From: Pyrinomonadaceae bacterium
GTDB taxonomy: Bacteria; Acidobacteriota; Blastocatellia; Pyrinomonadales; Pyrinomonadaceae
Length of the DNA stretch: 64,000 nucleotides
Assembly (NCBI GenBank): GCA_046313635.1
Contig: JBKBYA010000013.1
Coordinates: 13,425 to 77,424, forward strand
Reading direction: 5' to 3'
Every line of letters starts with the position of its first letter. Within the stretch, counting starts at the first letter, position 1. Of this stretch, positions 18,695-32,073 are shown in pieces. The notes below the pieces were generated by a model, which saw only the letters and a program-made list of their open reading frames with translations, was not told the DNA's origin and did not search any database. The position numbers and the translations under genes were made by a program.

Positions 18695-19558
18695 ATGGCG
18701 TGGTTTCGCAGGGACAAACCCAAGATCGAGGAGCAGGAAGTCGCCGACGGCGAGCGCACGGTCAAGACCGAGGGCATTTTCGTCAAGTGTCCGGAGTGCG
18801 AGAGTCCGCTCTACAAGCGCGAGCTGACCGAGTCGTTCGAGGTCTGCACGCATTGCTCGTATCACTTTCGCTACCCGGCAAAGCGGCGTCTCGAGATCCT
18901 TTTTGACGAAGGGAAGTTTACGGAGCTCGATACCGAGGTCACCTCGGCCGACCCGCTCGAGTTCGTCGATTCAAAGCCGTATAAAGACCGTATCGAGCAG
19001 GCCAAGAAGTCTTCGGGTCTGCCCGAGGCGATCATCTCAGGCACCGGCACCGTCGGCGGACATCTGGTCTACGCGGGCGCGATGGACATGGCCTTCATCG
19101 GCGGCTCGATGGGCTCGGCCGTCGGCGAAAAGATCACCCGCCAGATCGAACGCGCGATCGACAACAAAGGTGCGGTGATCATCTTTTCGGCCTCGGGCGG
19201 CGCACGAATGCAGGAAGGCACGCTGTCGCTGATGCAGATGGGCAAGGTCTCGGCCGCTCTCGCACGGCTTCATGAGAAGCGTCTGCCTTTTATATCTGTA
19301 CTGACCGATCCGACGACCGGCGGCGTGACCGCGAGCTTCGCGATGCTCGGCGACGTCATCATTGGCGAACCAAAAGCGCTGATCGGCTTTGCCGGCCCGC
19401 GCGTCATCGAGCAGACGATCCGTCAAAAACTGCCGAAAGGATTTCAGCGAAGCGAGTTCCTGCTCGAGCACGGAATGATCGACATGGTCGTCGACCGCCG
19501 CGAGCTGCGCGATACGATAATTCGCCTGCTCGACTTTATGATGCGGGATAAATCGTAG
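18695..19558 (+). CDS. accD: Acetyl-CoA carboxylase carboxyltransferase beta subunit
   Basis: CPEC..CTHC zinc finger, GGSMGSAVGEK, SGGARMQEG, PTTGGVTASF. Confidence 0.97.
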   Translation: MAWFRRDKPKIEEQEVADGERTVKTEGIFVKCPECESPLYKRELTESFEVCTHCSYHFRYPAKRRLEILFDEGKFTELDTEVTSADPLEFVDSKPYKDRIEQAKKSSGLPEAIISGTGTVGGHLVYAGAMDMAFIGGSMGSAVGEKITRQIERAIDNKGAVIIFSASGGARMQEGTLSLMQMGKVSAALARLHEKRLPFISVLTDPTTGGVTASFAMLGDVIIGEPKALIGFAGPRVIEQTIRQKLPKGFQRSEFLLEHGMIDMVVDRRELRDTIIRLLDFMMRDKS

Positions 19559-19653
19559 CTATCAGTTATTCCGAAGCAGAGCCATGATCTGCTCGCCCAC
19601 TTCAACTATCGTCTCGGGCAGATCAACTGCCGTCGCCGAATGATCTCGCCGTC

Positions 19654-20958
19654 GTGAATTTCCGCGAGTCCCAATCGTATCTCTTCTCGCTCGGCAACGA
19701 AGTGTCGGCGATGAAGCTCGGCCTCGAGAGCATGCACGAGCTGCTCGCCGCACTCGGCAAACCTCAGCAAAATTACATCAAGGTTCAGGTCGCCGGCACC
19801 AACGGCAAAGGCTCGGTCTGCGCATTTCTGGGATCGATGTGCGTCGCCGCCCACGTTAAGGTCGGCGTCACGACCTCACCGCATCTCGTCTCGGTCACGG
19901 AACGGGTACTGATCAACGGCGAGCCGATCGACGAGGACGAATTTGCCGAGTTTTCGACGCGAGTCCGCGAGGCATCAGAGGCGCTCGTTCGCGACGGCAG
20001 GCTCGAGACGGTCCCGACATATTTTGAGCAGGTAACCGCGATCGCTCTGCTGGCGTTTGCCGCTCACAAGGTCGAGCTCGCGATCCTCGAGACCGGTCTC
20101 GGCGGGCGACTCGACGCGACTACGGCCGCGAATGCCGAGATCGCCGCGATCACGCGGATCGACCTCGATCATCAGGAATATCTCGGCGAGACGCTTCGGG
20201 AGATCGCCGGTGAAAAGGCGGCGATCATTCACCGCGACAGCCGCGTAGTCGTCGGCGAGCAGCAGCCCGAGGCGATGGCGGTCATTCTCGAGCGATGCCG
20301 CTCGCTGGGCGTCGAGCCGCGGCTTGCGTCAGACACGACAGCGACATTCGACGGCGAGACGGTCACATTTCGCGACGCCGATCTTGTGCTCTCGAATCTC
20401 CGCCTCGGCCTCGCCGGCGACCACCAGATCGAGAATGCAAAGATCGCGATCGGCCTCGCCCGTGAGATGAATATTGAAGCGAAACATATCTCTCAAGGCC
20501 TCGCGTCTGCGCGACATCCTGGCCGTCTCGAGTGGATGACAACGAGCGACGGCGAATTCCTCCTCGACGGAGCGCACAATATCGGCGGAGCGGCGGCGTT
20601 GAGAGACTACATTCTTAAGTACCGGCCCGAACCGAGAATGACGCTCGTCTTTGGCTGCATGCGCGACAAGGACGTTCGCAAGATCGCGGCGCTGCTTTTC
20701 CCGCTGGCCGACGAGATCATCCTCACCGAGGCGAGCAATTCGCGCTCGATGCAGGCAGACGATCTTTACCGCATCGCGGCGGGGATAGTTCCCGCAGACG
20801 ACTGCACGGCTGTCAAGCGACTTGCCGACGCGATCGACCTGGCCGTCAGATACTATCTCGGACGGCCCGACGCGTCGCACCGTTTCATATGCGTCACCGG
20901 CTCGCTCTACCTCGTCGGCGAGGCAAAGAAGCTGCTGCGCAAGAGATCGGCGACTTGA
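19654..20958 (+). CDS. folC: Folylpolyglutamate synthase/dihydrofolate synthase
   Basis: [39 protein letters not shown]. Confidence 0.95.
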   Translation: MNFRESQSYLFSLGNEVSAMKLGLESMHELLAALGKPQQNYIKVQVAGTNGKGSVCAFLGSMCVAAHVKVGVTTSPHLVSVTERVLINGEPIDEDEFAEFSTRVREASEALVRDGRLETVPTYFEQVTAIALLAFAAHKVELAILETGLGGRLDATTAANAEIAAITRIDLDHQEYLGETLREIAGEKAAIIHRDSRVVVGEQQPEAMAVILERCRSLGVEPRLASDTTATFDGETVTFRDADLVLSNLRLGLAGDHQIENAKIAIGLAREMNIEAKHISQGLASARHPGRLEWMTTSDGEFLLDGAHNIGGAAALRDYILKYRPEPRMTLVFGCMRDKDVRKIAALLFPLADEIILTEASNSRSMQADDLYRIAAGIVPADDCTAVKRLADAIDLAVRYYLGRPDASHRFICVTGSLYLVGEAKKLLRKRSAT

Positions 20959-20963
20959 GAACC

Positions 20964-21007
20964 CAAATTCAAAATTTGAAATCTGGAATTTGGAATCTAA
21001 AATTCCT
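20964..21007. repeat. Heptamer array (RAATYYR)x6
   Basis: AAATTCA AAATTTG AAATCTG GAATTTG GAATCTA AAATTCC between folC stop and gpmA ATG. Confidence 0.75.
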
Positions 21008-21010
21008 CAT

Positions 21011-21757
21011 ATGCACAAACTTGTACTTATCCGTCACGGCGAGAGCGAGTGGAACAAGGAGAATCGTTTCACCGGTTGGAAGGACGTCGATCTCAGCGAA
21101 AAAGGACGAGAGGAGGCCCACGCCGCCGGGCGTCTGCTCAAGGCCGAGGGATTTACGTTTGACGAGGCATACGCGTCGGTGCTCAAGCGCGCGATCCGCA
21201 CGATGTGGATCATCCTCGACGAGATGGACCTGATGTGGATACCGGAGACCAAATCGTGGCTGCTCAACGAGCGGCACTACGGTGCGCTTCAGGGCTTGAA
21301 CAAAGCCGAGATGGCGGCTCAGTACGGTGAGGAGCAGGTACTCAAATGGCGGCGGAGCTTTGACATCCCGCCCGACCCGATGCCGGAGACCGATGAGCGC
21401 TGGCTGGGCAACGACCCGCGTTACGGCGACATCGAGCCGGACAAATTCCCCAGGACCGAATGTCTCAAGGACACGGTCGCACGCGTCGTCCCGTACTATC
21501 AGTACGAGATCGAGCCCAAGATCAAGCAGGGAAAACGGATCCTCGTCGCCGCTCACGGCAACAGCCTGCGGGCGCTCGTCAAGCATCTCGACCACATTCC
21601 GGACGACGAGATCACCAGCCTCAACATTCCGACGGGCATCCCGCTCGTGTACGAGCTCGACGACAAACTGCAAAAGATAAACAGCTATTATCTCGGCGAT
21701 CAGGAAGCGATCAAGGCCGCGCAGGAGGCGGTCGCGAATCAGGGAAAGGCGAAATAG
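21011..21757 (+). CDS. gpmA: 2,3-bisphosphoglycerate-dependent phosphoglycerate mutase
   Basis: [33 protein letters not shown]; start at MHKLV (21011). Confidence 0.97.
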   Translation: MHKLVLIRHGESEWNKENRFTGWKDVDLSEKGREEAHAAGRLLKAEGFTFDEAYASVLKRAIRTMWIILDEMDLMWIPETKSWLLNERHYGALQGLNKAEMAAQYGEEQVLKWRRSFDIPPDPMPETDERWLGNDPRYGDIEPDKFPRTECLKDTVARVVPYYQYEIEPKIKQGKRILVAAHGNSLRALVKHLDHIPDDEITSLNIPTGIPLVYELDDKLQKINSYYLGDQEAIKAAQEAVANQGKAK

Positions 21758-21886
21758 GAACGCCACGATTTGCTACGCGCGACGGCCGAAATCGTGGATG
21801 AACTTTTAGGCTGCAGCCAAAATCAAAGGATCGGTCGACGAGCTATGTTTCTAGGCCGATCCTAAATTTTTTGGAGTACTGCAGAA

Positions 21887-22612
21887 ATGTTCAAGATCAG
21901 GAATTCTCTCGCCCTCACCGCGATAATTGTCGCTCTGGCGGGCGCGTCATTCGCGCAGACGACGCGGACGGCCCGCACGTCGGCGCGGCAGGCCTCGCTG
22001 TCGGATCTCGACATCTCGCGCGGCCTCAGAGCAGCGCTCGGCCAGGGCGTGCGAAACGCGGTCAGCGATCTCGGCCGCCGCAACGGCTTTCTCGACAACT
22101 CGCGCGTGCGCATTCCGCTGCCGCGTAACCTGCAGCGGACCGAACGGACGCTTCGCGCTCTCGGTCAGGGCCGCCGCGTTGACGAGTTTGTCGCGGCGAT
22201 GAATCACGCGGCCGAAGAGGCCGTGCCGGTCGCGGCCGACATATTCTTTGACGCGATCATGCAGATGTCGTTCAGCGACGCGCGCAATATTTTGTTCAGC
22301 GGGCAGGACGACGCAGCGACGCAGTTCTTTCGCCGGACGAGCGAGCAAAGGCTGCGCGAGGAGTTTCGGCCGATCGTCGAGCGATTTACAGAGCAGGTCG
22401 GCGTCACGCAAAAGTACAAGCAGTTGATGGGACGCTACGGATTTCTCGGCCGTGCGGTCGGGCAGGATGCGTCGGATATCGACGGCTACGTCACCGAAAA
22501 GGCGCTCGACGGACTATTCCTGCTCGTCGCCGACGAGGAGCGACGCATTCGCCGCGACCCGATCGGGAGAACGACGGCGATACTCAGGACGGTCTTCGGC
22601 GTGCTGAGATAA
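21887..22612 (+). CDS. DUF4197 family secreted protein
   Basis: GLRAALGQG, MNHAAEEA, DDAATQFF, ALDGLF..EERRIRRDP..VFG. Confidence 0.88.
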   Translation: MFKIRNSLALTAIIVALAGASFAQTTRTARTSARQASLSDLDISRGLRAALGQGVRNAVSDLGRRNGFLDNSRVRIPLPRNLQRTERTLRALGQGRRVDEFVAAMNHAAEEAVPVAADIFFDAIMQMSFSDARNILFSGQDDAATQFFRRTSEQRLREEFRPIVERFTEQVGVTQKYKQLMGRYGFLGRAVGQDASDIDGYVTEKALDGLFLLVADEERRIRRDPIGRTTAILRTVFGVLR

Positions 22613-22715
22613 TTGATCGCCGCATCGCGAGCGCTGCAGCAACAGAGAAGTGAGAGGGAATCTGCGGATCGCATTTTCCTTTTCACTTTTCGACATTTAA
22701 ACTCTGCTACTTTGT

Positions 22716-23660
22716 ATGCCCTGGCGTAAGGTCCTCTATTTTGCTCTCGTCGTCGTCTGTCTATCGCCGCTTGTCTCGCCGCCGGCCGCGCTTGCTCTCG
22801 GCCTCGCGCTCGCGCTGACGGTGGGCAATCCGTTCCCGGGGCCGACGCGCGAGACGACGCGCTATCTTTTGCGGATCTGCGTCGTTCTGCTGGGCTTTGG
22901 ACTCAACCTGAATGACGTCTATCGAGCGGGCCGCGACGGCCTGCTCTTTACGATCGCGACGATCGCAGGCACGCTGGTCCTGGGCTACATTCTCGGCCGC
23001 GCGCTGAAGGTCGGCGACAAGATCTCGACGCTGATCTCCTCGGGCACGGCGATCTGCGGCGGCAGCGCGATCGCCGCGGTCGGGCCGGCGATCGAGGCCG
23101 ACAGCGACGAGATGACCGTCTCGCTCGGCGCGGTATTTGTGCTCAACTCGATCGCGTTGTTCCTGTTTCCGGTCATCGGCGTCTCGCTCGGGCTCACGCA
23201 GGATCAGTTCGGGATCTGGGCCGCGATCGCGATACACGATACGAGCTCGGTCGTCGGCGCGGCCGCCGCCTACGGGCAGGAAGCCCTCGGCACGGCGACC
23301 GTCGTCAAGCTGACGCGGGCGCTGTGGATAGCACCGGTCGCGCTGTTCTTCGCATTTGTCTTTGGCCGCAGCGGCAATGGTGCCGCCGGCGGCCGGCGGG
23401 TCGAGGTGCCTTGGTTCATCTTCCTCTTTGTCGCCGCGACGGTCGCGCGCAGCTATGCGCCGAGCTTCGTCTTGCCGAGCCTCTTCGATTCGGTCGTCAA
23501 TTTTGCAAAGGCAGGAATGACGCTGTGCCTCTTTTTTATCGGGGCCACGCTCTCGCGCGAGACGATCCGCAAGGTCGGAGCGCGTCCGCTGATTCAGGGC
23601 CTCGTGCTGTGGATCGCGATCTCCGTCGTCAGCCTTGCCGCGGTGCTGCGGCTGGTCTAA
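22716..23660 (+). CDS. YeiH/putative sulfate exporter family membrane protein
   Basis: GTAICGGSAIAA, AIHDTSSVVGAA, VKLTRALWI. Confidence 0.9.
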   Translation: MPWRKVLYFALVVVCLSPLVSPPAALALGLALALTVGNPFPGPTRETTRYLLRICVVLLGFGLNLNDVYRAGRDGLLFTIATIAGTLVLGYILGRALKVGDKISTLISSGTAICGGSAIAAVGPAIEADSDEMTVSLGAVFVLNSIALFLFPVIGVSLGLTQDQFGIWAAIAIHDTSSVVGAAAAYGQEALGTATVVKLTRALWIAPVALFFAFVFGRSGNGAAGGRRVEVPWFIFLFVAATVARSYAPSFVLPSLFDSVVNFAKAGMTLCLFFIGATLSRETIRKVGARPLIQGLVLWIAISVVSLAAVLRLV

Positions 23661-23706
23661 AAGTACAATTCGTGCCGCGAACTTGCGTCGGGTCTGCCGG
23701 CGTCTT

Positions 23707-24555
23707 TCAGGCCCGAGCGGTCCGCGTCCGAGCGGCCTGATCGTTGTCACTTGATTCGGCGTCCGAACCCGAGCGCATCGGCTCGCGTCCGGACGGCTGG
23801 CCTTCGTTGGTCACGATCCGACCGGTCTCCATCAGCATTTTGAATCGGCGAAGGTCGTCCTCGACCTGCAGGCCGGGCTCTTCGCCGAGCGCCCACGCGA
23901 TCCATTCGCCGAGCTTGCCGCCGGGAGCCTCGTAGGTCAGATCGACGCGCACGAGCGTGCCGCGGTCGCCGCCCACCTCGCGAAAGTTCACTACGCCCGA
24001 ATTGACGACGTCCGATCCCTCGAGAGATTTCCATCCGATGCGTTCGTTGGCGACATCGCTCGTCAATTCGGCGTCCCACTCGACCGACATTCCGAGCGGG
24101 GCCTTTGCCCTCCAGTGAGAGATCTTGCCGTCGCCGTCACGTACGCTGACCTTCTCAAGATGCTTCATAAAGCGCGGCAGATTCTCGAGCTCGCGCCAGT
24201 AGCCGTAGAGCTCGGCCGCGGGCTTTGCTATCAAGATCGAGCGGGTGACGTGCACCGGCCGCCCCAGCAGGCTGCGACCGTAGGGCGAACGCCGCGTGCC
24301 CTCGGCCTCACCGCCGCCGTGCGCGGTGTCGATGCCGGCCGCGTCGTAGAGGTGACAGTGGCCGGTCGATCCGCGAAATAAGAGCACGCCGCCGAGAATG
24401 CCGAGCGCCGTTCCCAACACTCCCCCGCGGCTGATGCCGTACGCCAGCATCGCTCCGCCGCCGATCAGCGAAGCGACGCGCTCGGTGGTACCGACATTTA
24501 TCGACAGGTCGGTAAAATGATCTAACCGGTTTTCGCTTTGTGTTTGGTGATGCAT
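23707..24555 (-). CDS. SRPBCC (cyclase/dehydrase) family protein with N-terminal DUF2892-like segment
   Basis: NVGTTER..RGSTGHC, WRELENLPRFM, DLRRFKMLMETG; start at MHHQ (24555). Confidence 0.87.
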   Translation of the reverse strand: MHHQTQSENRLDHFTDLSINVGTTERVASLIGGGAMLAYGISRGGVLGTALGILGGVLLFRGSTGHCHLYDAAGIDTAHGGGEAEGTRRSPYGRSLLGRPVHVTRSILIAKPAAELYGYWRELENLPRFMKHLEKVSVRDGDGKISHWRAKAPLGMSVEWDAELTSDVANERIGWKSLEGSDVVNSGVVNFREVGGDRGTLVRVDLTYEAPGGKLGEWIAWALGEEPGLQVEDDLRRFKMLMETGRIVTNEGQPSGREPMRSGSDAESSDNDQAARTRTARA

Positions 24556-24714
24556 AAGAGACCTCGACCTGCCTGCCCCGGCGGGAGTACCGCTAACGGT
24601 ACTCGTCCGTGTACCGACGAGAGACACTAGTTTCATTTGAAGGTGCCGTTGCGCAATAGGCGTGCCGCTCCGGCGGCGTAGAACCTGAACGCACGCGATT
24701 GCTATACTGCCGCT

Positions 24715-24963
24715 ATGGCAAGCGAAGACCCGGATGTCGTGGTCAAACTCAAGACCGAGCGGCGCGGTGTGCTCAACCCGCAGATCGTTCGCTGGATCGC
24801 ATTCGTCGTGATCACGGTCTCGCTCGTCGCCTGCACCGTTCTCTGCATCCTCGCGATCTGGAAGTTCACAGAGTCGGACGCCGTCTGGCGCGCGATCGCG
24901 ACCTTTATCGTCGTCAGCATCGCGACCGCGATATTTGCCCTCGTCAACGAAAAGCTCGGCTAA
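24715..24963 (+). CDS. Small two-TM membrane protein
   Basis: Two hydrophobic helices; TGCTATACT extended -10 6 nt before ATG. Confidence 0.7.
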   Translation: MASEDPDVVVKLKTERRGVLNPQIVRWIAFVVITVSLVACTVLCILAIWKFTESDAVWRAIATFIVVSIATAIFALVNEKLG

Positions 24964-24964
24964 A

Positions 24965-25097
24965 GGAGCGCGGACATTCCTGTCCGCATAAGTGCGAAGC
25001 ACGAAGAAACGCGCCGGAGAATGATCGAGTCGATCCTCCGGCGTACCTGTTCGCTCTCGGAGACGAACGCTCATGCGGACAGGAGTGTCCGCGCTCC
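24965..25097. repeat. Inverted REP doublet (GGAG-foot type)
   Basis: GGAGCGCGGACATTCCTGTCCGCAT (24965-24989) and ATGCGGACAGGAGTGTCCGCGCTCC (25073-25097). Confidence 0.85.
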
Positions 25098-25177
25098 GTG
25101 CGGCCTCGCGCACCGTTCATTCGCTTTGCTAACATACTCGTTTCGACTATCGGCGAGATTCTTATCTGTAGTACGAG

Positions 25178-28084
<2,907 letters not shown>

Positions 28085-28126
28085 GCTGCTGCAAAAGTTA
28101 ATTCGTTGAAACTACGATTCGTTATT

Positions 28127-28155
28127 CGGCCGGCGCTGCGAAGCCGGCCGTTTTT
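28127..28155 (+). terminator. Rho-independent terminator after uvrA
   Basis: CGGCCGGC-loop-GCCGGCCG followed by TTTTT. Confidence 0.65.
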
Positions 28156-28206
28156 GTCTCGTCGGCATAGCCATTGCAAAACTCGCGGTAAACGGAGGTT
28201 TATCGA

Positions 28207-28512
28207 ATGAGTAACGCAGAACAGAACCAGCAGAATCAAAAGGGCGCTCCGCAGGATACGGCGCAGATGCCGTCGAGCGGTAATTCGCCTTCGCCGACCG
28301 GCTCCACCGAGGGAACGGACGAATCGTCGCGCTCGCCCGAAGGCGGCGATCCCGAAAGTAAGGGCTCCTCGTCCGGAGCCGCGACGCAGACCGCGCCGGA
28401 GTCCGGCGAAAGCACGGCGTCGAATGTCTATAAGAACGACACAGGCGACCCGGGCCGCACGCCGGGATCGGCCGAGGGCGTCGAGGACTTTCAGAAGACG
28501 GGGAATGAGTGA
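28207..28512 (+). CDS. Hypothetical low-complexity (likely disordered) protein
   Basis: GGAGG RBS; S/G/T/Q/P/E-rich; ends DPGRTPGSAEG. Confidence 0.65.
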   Translation: MSNAEQNQQNQKGAPQDTAQMPSSGNSPSPTGSTEGTDESSRSPEGGDPESKGSSSGAATQTAPESGESTASNVYKNDTGDPGRTPGSAEGVEDFQKTGNE

Positions 28513-28540
28513 TCTGGTCGGTCAGAGGAAGTGAAGTTCT

Positions 28541-28581
28541 TCTCGTCGAGCGGAAAAGCTTTGCATTTCCGCTCGGCGAGA
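28541..28581. terminator. Hairpin between convergent genes
   Basis: TCTCGTCGAGCGGAAA / TTTCCGCTCGGCGAGA. Confidence 0.6.
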
Positions 28582-28593
28582 TAACGGTCTCGA

Positions 28594-29346
28594 CTAACTA
28601 CCGAGCATTATCGCGTCGAGCATTTCGCGGACGGCCTGCTCGAGGCCGACGAAGATCGCGCGGGAGATGATGTGGTGGCCGATGTTGAATTCGGCGATCT
28701 CTGGCATCGCGGCGAGCGGGCCGATGTTGCGGGTCGTGAGGCCGTGGCCGGCAGCGACGACGAGGCCGCAATTCTGGGCGTGAACGACGGCCTCGCGAAT
28801 GCGGTCGATCTCGGCGGCGGCTTTACGCGAGCCTTCGCCGTGCGAAGCGCGAGAGCCTAACGTGAGCTCGGCGTATTCGGCGGTGCAGATCTCGATCTGC
28901 GCGGCCCCGGCGCGCTTTGCGGCGTCGATCTGGTCCGGCTCGGGGTCGATGAAGATGCTTACAAAAATGCCCGCGGCCTTGAGCCTTTCGACGGCGTGCT
29001 TGACCGTCTCAAAATTTCCGACCACATCGAGACCGCCCTCGGTCGTGACCTCGTTCGGACTCTCGGGCACGAGCGAAACGGCATCGGGCTTGACGCGCGT
29101 CGCGATCTTGACCATCTCTTCCGTCGTCGCGTGCTCGACGTTTAGATAAGTGCTGACCGTGTCGCGCAGCAGCTCGATGTCGCGGTCCTGAATGTGGCGG
29201 CGGTCCTGCCTGAGGTGCACCGTGATGCCGTGCGCGCCGGCCTGCTCGCAAGCGACGGCCGCGGCGACGACGCTCGGCTCGATGGTCTTGCGTGCCTGGC
29301 GAACGGTCGCGACGTGGTCGATATTCACATTCAGACGTGCGGGCAT
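28594..29346 (-). CDS. pdxJ: Pyridoxine 5'-phosphate synthase
   Basis: [47 protein letters not shown]. Confidence 0.97.
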   Translation of the reverse strand: MPARLNVNIDHVATVRQARKTIEPSVVAAAVACEQAGAHGITVHLRQDRRHIQDRDIELLRDTVSTYLNVEHATTEEMVKIATRVKPDAVSLVPESPNEVTTEGGLDVVGNFETVKHAVERLKAAGIFVSIFIDPEPDQIDAAKRAGAAQIEICTAEYAELTLGSRASHGEGSRKAAAEIDRIREAVVHAQNCGLVVAAGHGLTTRNIGPLAAMPEIAEFNIGHHIISRAIFVGLEQAVREMLDAIMLGS

Positions 29347-29412
29347 TGGTCGATTCCTCGCTGAATTAAATTAGTTTTCAAAATATAACACCATCGCTGG
29401 CGCGGTCGGACA

Positions 29413-30153
29413 TTAGGGCAGGCGGTAGCGGCCGTTGCGGGCGTTGCGGCGGATCTCGAGCAGCTCTGTGAACATCCGACGCGTGTCGCGAAAGACGCTG
29501 ACCTTCGAGCCCTCGACGTTATTCCAGCGGACGGGGATCTCGCTCAGCCTCAGGCCGCGATACTTCGCGACGAACAAAAACTCGACGTCGAAACCGAAGC
29601 GGTCGATCGTCATCATCGGCAGCAGGGGACGAAACTTCGTCATATCGAAAGCCTTGAATCCGCACTGCGTGTCGGCAAAATTCAGCCCGCTCATGGCGCG
29701 GATGACCAGGTTCATCACCTTGCCCCCCTGCTCGCGCCGCCACGGCTGGTGCGTGCCGATGAGGCTGCGGTCGAGAGCACGCGAGCCGAAGGCGACGTCG
29801 ATCTCACCGCGGCGGATCGGGTCGACGAGCTTCGGCAGTTCTTCGATCGGCGTCGAAAGATCGGCGTCTGAAAACAGCGCGATGTCGGCCGACGCCGCCG
29901 CCAGTCCGGTGCGGACGGCGTGGCCCTTGCCGCGATTGACATCGTAGCGAATGACGCGCGAAGGAATGTCGTCATGCCCGGCAAAGATCGATCGTGCGAC
30001 CTCGGCGGTGTCGTCCGACGAGCCGTCGTCCACGACGATAACCTCTGCGGCGACGCCGCTCGCCCCGATGTAATCGAGGATCTCGTCGAGCGGTCGGCCG
30101 ATCCGCTCAGCCTCGTCAAAGGCGGGAATGACTATGGATACTGCCGGCTTCAT
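29413..30153 (-). CDS. GT2 glycosyltransferase (dolichyl-phosphate beta-glucosyltransferase-like)
   Basis: SIVIPAFDE, VVDDGSSD, NRGKG, DADLSTP, DTQCGFK, GFDVE. Confidence 0.9.
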   Translation of the reverse strand: MKPAVSIVIPAFDEAERIGRPLDEILDYIGASGVAAEVIVVDDGSSDDTAEVARSIFAGHDDIPSRVIRYDVNRGKGHAVRTGLAAASADIALFSDADLSTPIEELPKLVDPIRRGEIDVAFGSRALDRSLIGTHQPWRREQGGKVMNLVIRAMSGLNFADTQCGFKAFDMTKFRPLLPMMTIDRFGFDVEFLFVAKYRGLRLSEIPVRWNNVEGSKVSVFRDTRRMFTELLEIRRNARNGRYRLP

Positions 30154-30332
30154 CCAAACAAAAGGGAAATGATAGAGCCTCGTTCGGCAAATGTAAATTT
30201 AGCGTTCGGCTGTCGCTCGAGCATTGCGAAAAGACGATCCGGAGCGATCCAAGTTCGACATTCGGACGGCAACGCCGCCTTCCTTTTTGGCCAACTAATA
30301 TGTGCTATATTCGAATTTGCCGAAGGGGACCA

Positions 30333-31991
30333 ATGAACAAGAGATTTGGGATCATCGCACTCATCCTGGTGATCGGCGGCGGAGTCGTCGGCGGGCTGTT
30401 TGGCCGTTTGCCGCAGGCGACGTCGGCCGATAACAGCGTGACGCCGGCGAGAGTGATCGCAGACTACCGCGAGGCTCTCGACGTGATCGACAAGAATTAT
30501 GTCGGGCCGGTCAGGCACGAGGAGATCACCGACAGCTCGATCCAGGGGATGCTCTTTGCGCTCGACCCGCATTCGAGCTTTTTCACGCGTGACGAGCTGC
30601 GCAAGCTGATGGAGGAGCAAGCGTCCGAGTTTTACGGTATCGGCGTCTCGATCCTGCAGCATCACGACGGCGTTTATGTGCAGGCCGTGATCCCCAATAC
30701 GCCGGCGCAGCGGGCCGGTCTCAGATACGGCGACCGCATCATCCGCGTCGACGGCAAGGACGCTCGCGAATGGACGAGCGCCGAGGTCTCAAAGAACGTT
30801 CGCGGGCCCAAAGACACGCCGGTCAAAGTGACGGTCGAGCGAGCCGGGTCGAGCGCGCCCGTTGAGTACGAGATCGTCCGCGGAGGCGTGCCGCTGCCGT
30901 CTATCAGGAACTACTTTATGCTGCCGGACGGCGTCGGGTACATCGGATTGACCGGCGGGTTTCAGGAGACCACGGCGGCCGAGCTCGACGACGCCGTCGC
31001 CGATCTCCGCAAGCGCGGAATGAAGAGTCTGCTGCTCGACCTTCGGGGCAATCCGGGCGGCATTCTCGAACAGGCGATCGAGGTCGTCAGCCGCTTTATT
31101 CCCGAAAACAATGTTGTCGTCTCGGTCAAAGGCCGCACGAATTACGCTAAAGAGAGACAGCATCTCTCGCGCGGTGGTGCGACGATCGATACGCCTGTCG
31201 TAGTGCTGATCAACGGCGGTTCGGCTTCGGCGTCAGAGATCGTCGCCGGCGCTCTGCAGGACTACGGCCGCGGCCTGATCGTGGGCACCGAGTCATTTGG
31301 CAAGGGACTTGTGCAGCGCGTTTACCCGCTGCCGTACGGTACTGGGCTGACGCTGACGACGGCCAGATATTACACGCCTTTTGGCCGAGCGCTGCAGCGC
31401 GACTATTCGGGCGGCTCGATCTACCAGTACTACATGCACGGCGACGAGCCCGAGTCGGAGGGCCAGCCGCAGAGCACGCCGCCGTCGGCACCGGCGCCGG
31501 CGGGCAGCCCCGTCGTCACGCCCGACGGCCGCAAGCTCTACAGCGGCCGCGGCATCGAGCCGGACGTTCGCATCCCGGGGCAGAATTTCAGCCAGCTGAG
31601 ATCGCGTATCGCCGAGGCGTCGTTCTATTTTGTCCGTCAGCTCGTCGCGGGCCGCATCGCCGGTTTTGAGAATTACAAGGTCGACAAGCCGACCTACAAG
31701 ACCGTGCTCTCGCCCGGCGAGCTCGCCGTCGGCGACAAGCTCCTCGAGGCCTTCAAGGCGTTTGCGGCGGCCGACAAGAGCCTCGGTCTTTCGGCCGAGA
31801 ACGTGGCCGCGCAGCCCGATTACGCCCGGACGCGCATCAGGCAGGAGCTGGCCACCGCTAACTTCTCGAGCGAGGCCGGCGTGCAGGTGCTGCTCGAGAA
31901 CGACCCGCAGATCATACGCGCCGTCGAGCTCGTACCGCAGGCGGCAAAGATGAATCAAAGCGTGGCCTACAAACGCCCGAGCTCAAACTAG
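30333..31991 (+). CDS. S41 C-terminal processing peptidase with PDZ domain
   Basis: LDPHS, GIGV PDZ, LDLRGNPGG, SASASEIVAGALQD, FGKGLVQ; start at MNKR (30333). Confidence 0.93.
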   Translation: MNKRFGIIALILVIGGGVVGGLFGRLPQATSADNSVTPARVIADYREALDVIDKNYVGPVRHEEITDSSIQGMLFALDPHSSFFTRDELRKLMEEQASEFYGIGVSILQHHDGVYVQAVIPNTPAQRAGLRYGDRIIRVDGKDAREWTSAEVSKNVRGPKDTPVKVTVERAGSSAPVEYEIVRGGVPLPSIRNYFMLPDGVGYIGLTGGFQETTAAELDDAVADLRKRGMKSLLLDLRGNPGGILEQAIEVVSRFIPENNVVVSVKGRTNYAKERQHLSRGGATIDTPVVVLINGGSASASEIVAGALQDYGRGLIVGTESFGKGLVQRVYPLPYGTGLTLTTARYYTPFGRALQRDYSGGSIYQYYMHGDEPESEGQPQSTPPSAPAPAGSPVVTPDGRKLYSGRGIEPDVRIPGQNFSQLRSRIAEASFYFVRQLVAGRIAGFENYKVDKPTYKTVLSPGELAVGDKLLEAFKAFAAADKSLGLSAENVAAQPDYARTRIRQELATANFSSEAGVQVLLENDPQIIRAVELVPQAAKMNQSVAYKRPSSN

Positions 31992-32073
31992 CACAATACC
32001 GGCGGGCCGCGTCCAACTTGAGTCCGTGAGTCCATAAAGTAGAATAGTCCTTTACTTTGCGGACTCGTTTTTT

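Noticed and set aside
22640..22705. Possible degenerate heptamer arrays here and at 6495-6525, 8125-8180, 19557-19575 and 57105-57150
   Set aside because: Too few or too degenerate units to call by eye, although 19557-19575 resembles the right arm at 47436-47460.
25110..25140. LexA box upstream of uvrA
   Set aside because: Best match GTTC-N7-TTGC is too degenerate to support.
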